A stretch of DNA of 64,000 nt from Nitrosopumilus sp. (GTDB taxonomy: Archaea; Thermoproteota; Nitrososphaeria; Nitrososphaerales; Nitrosopumilaceae), in the NCBI GenBank assembly GCA_963662625.1, contig OY759726.1, positions 320,001 to 384,000 on the forward strand, written 5' to 3'. The notes under the pieces were generated by a model. That model ran no database searches and was not told the origin of the DNA. It saw only the letters and a program-made list of their open reading frames with translations. A program made the position numbers and the translations under genes. This document shows positions 29,465 through 38,472 of this stretch, piece after piece. Each line of letters begins with the position of its first letter. The stretch's first letter is position 1.

Positions 29465-30181
29465 TCATGGCGTTAACCTCATCGTGCTGTGAACATTATC
29501 ACCAGTCTGTGCACTTTGCGTTTTTAACAAACCACTTTGCATCTCCCGTTCAAGAGCGGTAAAATACTGTGTTGTAAACTTTGTGCCAGTGTCTAAAACA
29601 TCACTGCCCCGTTGGTGTGTCCAATAACTATCAAAGTCTCGTGTGACGGAATAAAAATGCAAATTAGACGCCTCGTGTTCTAGTCTGACATAATTACCAT
29701 ATGCCCAATCACCGTCATCTGCATATTCCCACAATCCTTGGGCACAAATCAGGTCACCGCCACAGCTAAAGTATAACCGATGAACCAAATACCAGTCATT
29801 GTTGGAAACGCTGGTGACGGGTGCGTCAACAAACTTTATTGTGCTAGTTTGTGGGTTTGCTGGTGGTGTTGATGGTGGCGTAGAGTTGTCGTCGATGGGT
29901 GTTACAGGTCCAGTTTCTCGTAAAACATCTGTCCAATAGTCAGGATCATCATGGAACTCCTCACTAAATATCATTCCGTTTTTTATTAATGTTGGCCTAA
30001 TGGCTTCTAGATGCTTTAACAAGTTTGCTTTTTCATCAGTGTTGGCAGTTTCCATCTCTTCGTATATTTTTTCTACTTGATTAATAAGTTCTTTTTGTTG
30101 TTGTGTTGCTCTGACCTCAAGAGCAGTGGCAGACTCTATTTATTCTAAAAGTTCTGCCTTGTCATTTTCTGATAATTCATA
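29465..30181 (-). pseudogene. 5'-truncated low-GC gene (helical region, Pro/Thr linker, beta-rich C-terminal domain)
   Basis: ORF 29465-30055 continues in frame upstream through a TAA at 30140-30142 (ELSENDKAELLE*IESATALE...) to a sharp GC boundary near 30180. Confidence 0.6.
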
Positions 30182-30346
30182 CTCCTTGTGCAGGTCAATC
30201 CCCACGAAGTACTCCCCGCCGTCCGTGCACTGGTTCCCCGCCCCGGAAGCCTTCCTGCGCTTCCTTGCCGGAGCAGGTAATCTGTTTGTTTGCTTCCTGG
30301 CGCGCTTATGGCAGGTACCGTCTGAAACCGGCTTCTTTCGGGGCAC
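30182..30346 (-). mobile_element. IS110-family recombinase N-terminal fragment
   Basis: EYFVGIDLHKE matches the first DEDD motif (VGID.HK) of IS110 recombinases; the rest is missing. Confidence 0.6.
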
Positions 30347-30458
30347 ATATGGTTACTGGGGCCGCTTTCTGCTACTGGGAAGGCTGGCTAAGCTACGTTC
30401 CGGCCGGCGCACGCGGCCCGGATCTCATAATACTTTTAACGAGTCTGGCGCCAGCCAA

Positions 30459-31811
30459 TTGCAGGTGGCCCGCAAGAACAGATTCCTGATAGTCGGCGGC
30501 GGCGGACGCGAAGGCGCATTCGCGGTACGGCTTGCGCAGGACGCGGAGCTGTACGCCGTCATCCCGCACGAAAACCCGCTCATCGTGGACTGCGCGGCGC
30601 GGTCCGGCGGGAAGTTCCTCGTCGGCGACCCCGGCGATCCGCAGACGGTCCTGCAGTTTGCCAGGGACGTCCGGGCAGACTATGCGTTCATAAACTCCGA
30701 CCAGCCGCTGGCAAACGGCGTGGTCGACGCGCTGCTCGGGGCGGGGTTCAGGGCAGTCGGGGGCACCAGGGACGCGGCTCGCATCGAGTGGGACAAGATA
30801 TACTCCATCGGGATGGTGCAGAAGGTGTGCCCCGAGTTCACGCCGTTTTACCGGGTGGCGTCCAGCCCCGACGAGCTGCGGAGCGCGATGTCCGAGTTCG
30901 AGTCGAGGGGAATGGGGGTGGCGGTAAAGCCGCAGGGACTGACCGGCGGCAAGGGGGTGAAGGTCATGCCGGAGCACCTGCAGTCGTACGCGGACTGCGC
31001 GGACTATGCGTCACGGCTCCTCGGGAAGGACGGCAGGGTGCTGCTGGTGGAAAAGCTCGACGGCATCGAGTTCACGATCATGGGAATGACGGACGGCAGG
31101 AGCCTCGTGGCGGCCCCCGCGACATACGACTACCCGTTCAGGCACGAGGGCGACAGGGGCGCGGGCACGGGCGGCATGGGGTGCTTTACGGGCCCGGAGG
31201 GCAGGCTGCCGTTCCTGACCGACGGGGACCTTGACGACTGCAGGGGCATCATGCAGGGGATAATCGACGAGATGGGGCGCAACGGCCTGCTCTTCAACGG
31301 CGTCCTTAACGGCGGGTTCTTCAAGACGCGCGACGGGATCAGGTTCATGGAGTTCAACAGCAGGTTCGGGGATCCGGAGGCGCTGAACGTCCTGAGCGTC
31401 CTCGAGGGATCGTTCTCGGACCTGCTGGTCAGCATGTGGGACAAGACGCTCGCGGACCGGGCCGTGTCGTTCGCGAGAAAGGCAAGCGTCGTGAAGTACT
31501 TGGTCGCGCCCGAGTACCCCGAGCAGAGCAGCGAGTCCACGCGGTTCACGGTGGACGAGGGCGCGATGGGGGCGCTGGGCGTCAGGACGTTCTTTGCGTC
31601 ATGCGTCAGGACGGGGGATCGCCGGTACGAGACGCTGAAAAAGTCCAGGCCGGTGGCGTTTGCGGCCCTCTCCGACGGCGTCGCCGAGGCGTCGTCGCTG
31701 GTGGACAGGGCGATCGGCCTGCACGTCGGCGGGGGCCTCGAGTACAGGCGCGACATAGGGTCGCGCGAAAACCTCGGGAAGCTGGAGCGGGTCAACGCCG
31801 GCCTCGGATGA
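30459..31811 (+). CDS. purD: Phosphoribosylamine--glycine ligase
   Basis: VGGGGRE, KPQGLTGGKGV, TGGMG, EFNSRFGDPE, YRRDIG; start TTG 30459 or GTG 30465. Confidence 0.92.
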   Translation: MQVARKNRFLIVGGGGREGAFAVRLAQDAELYAVIPHENPLIVDCAARSGGKFLVGDPGDPQTVLQFARDVRADYAFINSDQPLANGVVDALLGAGFRAVGGTRDAARIEWDKIYSIGMVQKVCPEFTPFYRVASSPDELRSAMSEFESRGMGVAVKPQGLTGGKGVKVMPEHLQSYADCADYASRLLGKDGRVLLVEKLDGIEFTIMGMTDGRSLVAAPATYDYPFRHEGDRGAGTGGMGCFTGPEGRLPFLTDGDLDDCRGIMQGIIDEMGRNGLLFNGVLNGGFFKTRDGIRFMEFNSRFGDPEALNVLSVLEGSFSDLLVSMWDKTLADRAVSFARKASVVKYLVAPEYPEQSSESTRFTVDEGAMGALGVRTFFASCVRTGDRRYETLKKSRPVAFAALSDGVAEASSLVDRAIGLHVGGGLEYRRDIGSRENLGKLERVNAGLG

Positions 31812-31829
31812 GGCCGCCGGTTACATAGT

Positions 31830-31837
31830 TTTATATT
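31830..31837 (+). promoter_or_regulatory. TATA box for rpl12
   Basis: TTTATATT about 25 nt before ATG 31862. Confidence 0.55.
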
Positions 31838-31861
31838 ATGTTCCAAGGGAGTCCCGTTACC

Positions 31862-32167
31862 ATGGAATACGTTTACGCCGCATTGCTCCTTCACAAGCTG
31901 CAGAAGGAGGTCAGCGAGGACAACGTAAAGGCCGTCGTCTCGGCATCCGGCGCGGAGGTCAACGAGGCGCAGGTAAAGGCCCTGGTCGCGGCGCTTGCCG
32001 ACGTCGACATAGACGAGGCGGTAAAGGCGGCGCCGGTGGCAGTGGCCGCAACGGCGGCGCCGGCCGCGGGCGAGGCGGCGCCAAGCGAGGAAAAGAAGGA
32101 AGAGCCCAAGGACGAAGGCAAGAAGGAAGAGGCGGCCATGGAAGGCCTGTCCTCACTGTTTGGCTAG
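31862..32167 (+). CDS. rpl12: 50S ribosomal protein L12 (P1)
   Basis: [11 protein letters not shown]...EGLSSLFG. Confidence 0.96.
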   Translation: MEYVYAALLLHKLQKEVSEDNVKAVVSASGAEVNEAQVKALVAALADVDIDEAVKAAPVAVAATAAPAAGEAAPSEEKKEEPKDEGKKEEAAMEGLSSLFG

Positions 32168-32342
32168 GGGAGCTTTTCCCATTTTTGATCTTTTGTAGCG
32201 CGGTCAGGTTCGCGCCCGCGCGGGATTAGCGGGACTGCCGGCGTGCAATGAGACGCGGGGGCGCGGCAGGCCCGAGACGGCCTGCGTGCTTTTGCCACCC
32301 GGCAGCCGTTACCGGATTGCCCACGGCCATGCCGCGGCAGGA

Positions 32343-33209
32343 TCAGGACGGGCTGTAGCCTTTTGCCATGCCCGCAAGCGACCTGGCATGGGCGTGGGCC
32401 TTTTGCAGTACGAGGTCGCCCGTCTCGCCGGTCATGAACCCGGACTCTGTCGACACGGCCCGCGCGGACTGCGCCGCCTTGCCGAGAATCTGCGCGACGT
32501 TGTCAGGCGTGACGTACGCCGCCTCGATCGACAGCGATGCGGCCTCCTGATGGGCCCGCGCGAACTCGCCGCGGATCGCCTCCAGATCGATCGCCATCTC
32601 GTCCTCGGAGTACCTGCGGCCATCCTCCAGTGCCATGTATAGCGTTATCCCGGCCTCTATCGGCTTGATGTCCAGCTTTCCAAGGATCGATGCGAGCTTC
32701 TCGTTGATTACCTCGCCCTTCTTCACGGGAGTCGTGTCCTTTTGAATCCAGATCGTCCCTTGGTCGATCTTCGTCGGGATGCCGGCCTCCTTGAACTCCG
32801 TGAGCATGGGGCCAGGCGCGATCCCCGTGTTTTTCGCGGGAACCGTGATGTCGATGCTTGAGACGTCGCCCCCCCTGGCAGCCATCATGACCTTGTTTTT
32901 TCCAAGCAGCACGTTCAGCCTGAACGGCGACATGTCAGTGAACAGGAGCATGCACTGGCCCGTGACGTCGCCCGCCATGCCCTTGACCCCGGGAACCCCG
33001 ACCCCCTCGAACGCCCTCTGGGCGACCCTGTCCTTTATGCCCATGAACACCACGTCGTCCTTGAGGATCTTCCTCAGCGGCAGGATCTGGGTCGACCTCA
33101 CCTTGTCCATCCTGACCAGCGCCAGGACCCTGTGTCTGCTTGGGAGCTCCTGCAGCTGCTGGTACATCCTGGCCTTCTTCTTGGGGTACGCCGTCCTGTT
33201 TTCATGCAA
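32343..33209 (-). CDS. rpl10: 50S ribosomal protein L10 (P0)
   Basis: NTGIAPGP, GIPTKIDQGTI, LGKLDIKP. Confidence 0.93.
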   Translation of the reverse strand: MHENRTAYPKKKARMYQQLQELPSRHRVLALVRMDKVRSTQILPLRKILKDDVVFMGIKDRVAQRAFEGVGVPGVKGMAGDVTGQCMLLFTDMSPFRLNVLLGKNKVMMAARGGDVSSIDITVPAKNTGIAPGPMLTEFKEAGIPTKIDQGTIWIQKDTTPVKKGEVINEKLASILGKLDIKPIEAGITLYMALEDGRRYSEDEMAIDLEAIRGEFARAHQEAASLSIEAAYVTPDNVAQILGKAAQSARAVSTESGFMTGETGDLVLQKAHAHARSLAGMAKGYSPS

Positions 33210-33864
33210 ACTTCTTCTTGACCTCCTGGATCTGCTTTATCGGCTGGCCCATCGTGGCCTTCACCATTACCCTCTTGATGTTCTTTTCGCCGTTCGGCAG
33301 TTTCTTCTCCACCGCGCTCAGCACCGCGTGCGCGTTTACCGCCAGGTCCCCGTCTTCCATGGACTCGTCGCCGATCTTGCACGACACGGACAGCGACGCC
33401 CTGGTCCTGACCTTGATTGACGACCTGAACCTGGACAGGAACGCCTCGATCGGCGCGTTAAACGGGACCGGGGTCGGCATCTTCCCCCTGGGGCCCAGGA
33501 GCTGGCCCAGCGTCTTGCCTACCAGCGGCATGACCTGGGTGTCCGCCAGGAAGAAGTCGTACTTGTTGATGAACTTCCTGGACTCCCTCTTGTTGGCGGC
33601 GAACTTCTCCAGCTCCTCCGTCCCGACCACGGCGTCGGCGTTTGCCTGCTTTGCCTTCAGGCTCATGTCGCCCGTCGCCATGACGCAGACCGTCGCGGGG
33701 GAGCTGGTCTTTGGCAGCTGCACCACCTCGTTTAGCGCAAAGCCCTTCTTGACGTCGATGTCCTTGAAGTTGACGATGAGCTCTATCGACTGCTTGAACT
33801 TCCTCTGCTTCGTGTTCTGCTTGGCCTCCTTTATCATGTCGGCAAGCTGGGGCTCTGCAATCAT
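33202..33864 (-). CDS. rpl1: 50S ribosomal protein L1
   Basis: RKFKQSIEL, LGPRGKMP, KATMG. Confidence 0.95.
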   Translation of the reverse strand: MIAEPQLADMIKEAKQNTKQRKFKQSIELIVNFKDIDVKKGFALNEVVQLPKTSSPATVCVMATGDMSLKAKQANADAVVGTEELEKFAANKRESRKFINKYDFFLADTQVMPLVGKTLGQLLGPRGKMPTPVPFNAPIEAFLSRFRSSIKVRTRASLSVSCKIGDESMEDGDLAVNAHAVLSAVEKKLPNGEKNIKRVMVKATMGQPIKQIQEVKKKFA

Positions 33865-34259
33865 TACGGATCACTGTCCCGATCGCCTACTTAAAATCGT
33901 TTAGAGGCAAGATCCGCGCGCCGCCGGGCCCGCGGGGAAACTGCCGCCGCTACCGGGATCCCCGACACCGGATCCGGCCGCCCCGGCATCCCGCGCGGCC
34001 CGCGGCGGGGGCGGCCAAGCCGCGGCGGCAGGGCCCGGCCGCGGGAGGGCGCCGGGCTGGTGCGGGGGACGCGCCGGCCCATGGCGAGCCGGGAGGCCGC
34101 GGCGGCACCGCGCGGCTAGGCCGGCCGCCCCCAAAGGTGCCGCGGCCGGTGCCACGGTTTGTTTTAAAAATTTACATGTTTTAGAAGCAATGTTTGGAAT
34201 TCAATGGCGATTTGCCCGGCAAAATTACATTTATTAAATCGCCGCCCGCTTTTTGTTCA

Positions 34260-34715
34260 ATGCACAAGTTCGACGATCTGGACATGAAGCTGCTGTACGA
34301 GCTCACGATCGACGGCTCCATCTCGGTCCCCGCGCTGTCTAAGAAGCTGGGAATCAACGCGTCGGTGCTGTACAGCAGGATAAAGCGGCTGGTAAAGAAG
34401 AAGATGATCAAAAAGTTCACGGTGGAGATCGACGACTCCCTGCTGGGCATAGGGGTCAAGGCGTCCGTCGGGATCAACCGCGACCCAAAGTTCAAGGACG
34501 CCATCCACAAGAAGTTCTTGGAGACCCCGGAGGTCGTGTCCATCTCGGAGGTCACCGGCAGGTTTGACATCATGATAAAGGTCTATGCCAGGAACCTGGA
34601 GGCGCTGCACTCCGTGGTGATCGAGAAGATCGGGAAGATCGACGGGATCCAGAACACCGAGACGTTCGTCGAGCTGCAAAAGACGGACAAGGATCCGGTA
34701 TACCTCATCCGGTAG
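34260..34715 (+). CDS. Lrp/AsnC family transcriptional regulator
   Basis: DDLDMKLL HTH, VTGRFDI, TETFV. Confidence 0.92.
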   Translation: MHKFDDLDMKLLYELTIDGSISVPALSKKLGINASVLYSRIKRLVKKKMIKKFTVEIDDSLLGIGVKASVGINRDPKFKDAIHKKFLETPEVVSISEVTGRFDIMIKVYARNLEALHSVVIEKIGKIDGIQNTETFVELQKTDKDPVYLIR

Positions 34716-34720
34716 GGCGC

Positions 34721-35200
34721 CTACTGGAACTTTTCGTCCCACTTGCCCTCGCTGATCTCGGCGGTGATCTCCTTTGGCGTCTTCCCCTCGACCTTGACCC
34801 CAAGGGCCAGGCACGTGCCTATGACGGTCTTCGTGACCGCCTTGAGCGACGACGAGTAAGAGCCCTCCAGCTTGGTGTTGGCCACCTTGATGATGGAGTC
34901 CATGGTCACGTCCGCCACCCACTCTGTCCCGGACGCGCCGGAGCCCTTCTGGATCCCGGCCTCCTTCATGACGAGCGCCGCGGACGACGGTATGCCTATC
35001 TCTATCTCGTACTTTTTGGTGTCGCTGTCCACTATCACCGTGACGGGCACCTTCATGCCGTCAAAGTCCTTCGTCCTCTCGTTGATCGCGCTGATCACCT
35101 CCATGATGTTCACGCCGAGCGGGCCCAGCGCAGGCCCCAGTGGCGGGCCCGCGGACGCCGCCCCGCCGGTCACGAGTGATGATACTTTCTGCTCTCCCAT
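34721..35200 (-). CDS. rpl11: 50S ribosomal protein L11
   Basis: GGAASAGPPLGPALGPLG. Confidence 0.96.
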   Translation of the reverse strand: MGEQKVSSLVTGGAASAGPPLGPALGPLGVNIMEVISAINERTKDFDGMKVPVTVIVDSDTKKYEIEIGIPSSAALVMKEAGIQKGSGASGTEWVADVTMDSIIKVANTKLEGSYSSSLKAVTKTVIGTCLALGVKVEGKTPKEITAEISEGKWDEKFQ

Positions 35201-35237
35201 TGCCTAGTCGCCCACTAATGAAAATTTAATCCTTCCC

Positions 35238-35696
35238 CTAGGCCTCGCTCAGCAGCTTCAGGTAGTTCGCGTCCACCGTCACCGGGAGCTGGTACGACGC
35301 GTCGAGCAGCACCACGGTGGCCTCCTCCTTGTCCTGGTCGATCCTGGTGATGGTGGCCTTCATCCCCTTGAACGGCCCGCCCGTGATCTCCACCGTGTTG
35401 TCCACCGCCAGCTGGGACACCGTGGACTTTTTGATCAGGTAGCCCTCTATGTCCTTGAAGTCCAGCTCCCCGCGCAGCTGCCCCCTTATGTGCCTGATGC
35501 CCTCCACCGCCATGTACGCGTCGCTCGGGTTCACCGCCTCGATCACGACATAGCCCTTGAGGTTGTCGACCAGGAGGACAGACTGTATGTTGATCTGGTT
35601 CGAGTTGGACTTTGCCTCCAGCAGCCTCAGGACCACCTTTTCCTGGCCCCCGGTAGTCCTGATTGCAAAGAGGTGGGATTTTACTTCTTCGGTCAA
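35238..35696 (-). CDS. spt5: Transcription elongation factor Spt5/NusG
   Basis: TTGGQE, KGYVVIE, KOW motif VEITGGPFKG. Confidence 0.95.
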   Translation of the reverse strand: MTEEVKSHLFAIRTTGGQEKVVLRLLEAKSNSNQINIQSVLLVDNLKGYVVIEAVNPSDAYMAVEGIRHIRGQLRGELDFKDIEGYLIKKSTVSQLAVDNTVEITGGPFKGMKATITRIDQDKEEATVVLLDASYQLPVTVDANYLKLLSEA

Positions 35697-35872
35697 CTCT
35701 GCCTACCGTACGTGAGTACCGAAAATACGAACTGTATGATAAAGCCAATCGTGCCGACGCCGGCAATGCCCAGCAACACGAGCCTGAGGTGCTGCTGGTA
35801 CTCCTCCTTGTCCGGCTTTTTTGCCATCTTCATGGTGTTGACCATGTTCTTCAAAGTCTGCCTCGGATTCAT
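35693..35872 (-). CDS. secE: Protein translocase SecE/Sec61-gamma
   Basis: Manual translation, 59 aa: MNPRQTLKNMVNTMKMAKKPDKEEYQQHLRLVLLGIAGVGTIGFIIQFVF...; below the ORF-track cutoff. Confidence 0.92.
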   Translation of the reverse strand: MNPRQTLKNMVNTMKMAKKPDKEEYQQHLRLVLLGIAGVGTIGFIIQFVFSVLTYGRQS

Positions 35873-35981
35873 TGCTGGAAATTACTTGCGTGACTTTATA
35901 TCTCTTATTCCGCGGATCCCTGCCGCGCCGCGCCGCGCAGCCGAAAAAGCTTTTTTTATCCGGGCGTCCGACATGTGTGTC

Positions 35982-36758
35982 GTGGAACTGCTCGTGGCGT
36001 ACCGGGACGATCCGGCCGGGCTCAACATGGCGGAGTCCCTGGCCGGGGACATGGATCTGCGGGACGGCGTCTACCGGGGGAAGCACTACGACCTGGTGAC
36101 GATCCCGACGCCGACCATCTCGGCAGACTGGCTGGAAGACAGGTACGACTACGACGGCTTTGTGTTTCTGTCAAAGCACGCGGCCGAGTCCGGGATCCTG
36201 GCCCTGACGTGCCACAGCACGGGCAACTTCGCGGGGGCGAAGTTCGGCGGCAGCGACAGGCAGGTCGCGGTGCCACACCCGGCCCTGCAGAAGGAGTACC
36301 TCCGGGCCCTGCGGGATGACGGTGGGCGGTTTCCGGGGTTCCAGATCACCATAGAGGCGACCCACCACGGCCCCACGGCCCTGTCCAGGCCCTCGATATT
36401 CGTCGAGGTCGGGACCGGGGAGGAGCAGTGGACGGACGCCGCGCTGTGCGGCAGGGTCGCGTCCGTCGTGCACCGGGTGATGGCGCGGCCGCGCGGGAGC
36501 TTCCCGGAGGCCATATGCTTTGGCGGCTCGCACTACCCTGAAAAATTCACCCGGGAACTGCTCGACGGGGAGCACTCCCTCGGGACCGTGATGCCGGCGC
36601 ACGCGCTGGGCGGCCTCGACGGGGAGATGCTCGGGCACATCCTGTCCCGGAACAGGGGCGCGACCGCCGCGCTGCTGGACTGGGACGGCCTCGGGCCGCA
36701 CAGGCAGAGGGTGGTCGGCCTCTTGGAGGGCACCGACCTGGAGGTGATAAAGCTGTGA
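35982..36758 (+). CDS. dtdA: D-aminoacyl-tRNA deacylase (archaeal DTD2)
   Basis: DPAG.N, SKH, CHSTGN, EATHHGP, FVEVG, FGGSHY. Confidence 0.9.
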   Translation: MELLVAYRDDPAGLNMAESLAGDMDLRDGVYRGKHYDLVTIPTPTISADWLEDRYDYDGFVFLSKHAAESGILALTCHSTGNFAGAKFGGSDRQVAVPHPALQKEYLRALRDDGGRFPGFQITIEATHHGPTALSRPSIFVEVGTGEEQWTDAALCGRVASVVHRVMARPRGSFPEAICFGGSHYPEKFTRELLDGEHSLGTVMPAHALGGLDGEMLGHILSRNRGATAALLDWDGLGPHRQRVVGLLEGTDLEVIKL

Positions 36759-37054
36759 ACGTCGAGGAGAGGGTCTACAGGAAGCTGCTAGACGTGCCCC
36801 GGGGCAAGGTCACCACGTACGGCGAGCTCGCGAGGGCCGTGGGGATGGAGAACGGGCAGCGCGCGGTAGGGCGCATCATGAACCGGAACCCGTACCCGGC
36901 GCTGGTGCCGTGCCACAGGGTCATCCTGTCCAGCGGGAAGATCGGCGGCTATGCGTACGGGGGCGAGGTCAAGGCCAGCATGCTCGCCCGGGAGGGCGTG
37001 GACGTACTGGACGGGAAGGTCGCCGACTTTGAGGAACGGCTCCACAGGTTCTAG
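36755..37054 (+). CDS. O6-methylguanine-DNA methyltransferase family protein (single domain)
   Basis: VPRGKVTTYG, RAVG, PCHRV active site. Confidence 0.9.
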   Translation: MNVEERVYRKLLDVPRGKVTTYGELARAVGMENGQRAVGRIMNRNPYPALVPCHRVILSSGKIGGYAYGGEVKASMLAREGVDVLDGKVADFEERLHRF

Positions 37055-37506
37055 CCATTTCTCTTGGCGACAGCCTCTTCCATCAGGGTCCTGAGGTGGG
37101 CCTTGTTCCTCACGGTGTTGCCGCCCACCTTCTTGTACAGGGTCCAGAACTCGGGGTTGGTCAGGTCCTTCCTGTCCTTGGCGATCTTCAGCAACCTCCT
37201 CAGCGAGCGGACCTTCGCCACGTAGGCGCTCTTCTTTCCCACCCTGGCGCCCTTCCGCCCATGCTTGGAGCCCTGGGTGGTCCCGCGCTTGTTCCTCTGG
37301 GACTTCTTCTTGTGGGCCCGCCCCTTGGAGGTGCCGGTGATCGACTTTATCTTGATCGTGTTGGCCGTTATCAGGCTGCGGATGTTCGCCCTGGTGATGG
37401 CGTCGGCGACGTCTTCCAGGTGGTCCGAGTCAAACTTCACCCTGTGGATCCCCACGCCCGTGACCCTGGACACGAGCCTTTTTTTGGCCCTGAGGTTAAC
37501 TACCAC
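37051..37506 (-). CDS. rpl19e: 50S ribosomal protein L19e
   Basis: NLRAKKRL, GSKHGRKGAR, YKKVGGN. Confidence 0.95.
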   Translation of the reverse strand: MVVNLRAKKRLVSRVTGVGIHRVKFDSDHLEDVADAITRANIRSLITANTIKIKSITGTSKGRAHKKKSQRNKRGTTQGSKHGRKGARVGKKSAYVAKVRSLRRLLKIAKDRKDLTNPEFWTLYKKVGGNTVRNKAHLRTLMEEAVAKRNG

Positions 37507-37894
37507 CGGCGCTCACCCTGGCGTTGAAGATCTTAAACTTGCCCTCGATCGCCCTTGCCATTATCTCCTTCCTCTTCTTCGTGCCGACGCCGTGCCCGAA
37601 CCTGACGCCGTCGGTCTTGGGATCGAGCTTCTCCAGGTCGGCGGCGTTGTGCACCAAGTTGTCGGTGTACCCTGACGGGTGCAGCCCCCTGGAGCGTTTC
37701 GGCCCGCCGTAGCCCACCTTGACGAGCCCGGGGCGGCCCCGGCTCTTCTGCTTGCGCTGGTGGTGATCTATCCCCTTCGGCTTCCTCCACGTGGTCTGGA
37801 GCCTCTTGTAGCGCCAGCTCTCGGGCCTCACAAAGTCCGGGTTCCCGCCCTTGACCTCGTCGCGCTTCTCCAGGGCGTCCTTGTTGATTGGCAT
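37496..37894 (-). CDS. rpl32e: 50S ribosomal protein L32e
   Basis: FVRPESWRYKRL..WRKPKGID, GLHPSG; start reset to ATG 37894. Confidence 0.95.
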   Translation of the reverse strand: MPINKDALEKRDEVKGGNPDFVRPESWRYKRLQTTWRKPKGIDHHQRKQKSRGRPGLVKVGYGGPKRSRGLHPSGYTDNLVHNAADLEKLDPKTDGVRFGHGVGTKKRKEIMARAIEGKFKIFNARVSAGGS

Positions 37895-38472
37895 CAGGCT
37901 ATTTCCTGAAATTTTACATAAATACGTTCCTAGGACGGCAGTTGAGCTAAATGCGTGCCGGATCGAGGCGGGGCGCGTGGCCCCGCGGTGCGCAAAGCCC
38001 CGGCCACTGCGTCTGGCGCGGGCTCGCATTTCGCCCAGCTGGACGGCCAGGCCAGCCGCCGGGCCCCAGCCCCAGGAGGCCGGCCCGCCCGGATGCCGCG
38101 CCGCCCGGCCGCACCCGTCGGGGCGCCCTGCCCAACCGCGCGGCAGCTCGGATTGCCCCGCTCGTGCGCAGGGGAGCCGGCCCCGCGCCATGAGAGGGGT
38201 CGATCCGCCCGGGCGACGGCGCCCGGGCGGCAGCCACGCGTTCGCGCGCGCCACTGCGTACGCGGGGCGCCGGGCGCCCCGCCCGCGCGCGGCCCCGCCG
38301 CCGGCGCGGGATCCCGCGCGCCCCGGATCCGCCGGCGCGCCGGGGCGCGGCATGTGCCGCGGCCCGACGGCATTTCTTGGCAAAGAGATAATAAGGAACG
38401 TCAAGTCGGATCGAAATATCTCATGGCGGGGTTCGGGAGTTCTGCAGGGGAATTCGCTGGGGGCGGCACGGA

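Noticed and set aside
37930-38400. RNase P RNA or SRP RNA
   Set aside because: Conserved P4 (GAGGAAA.UCC) and SRP helix-8 (GGAAGG.AGCA) motifs not found on either strand.
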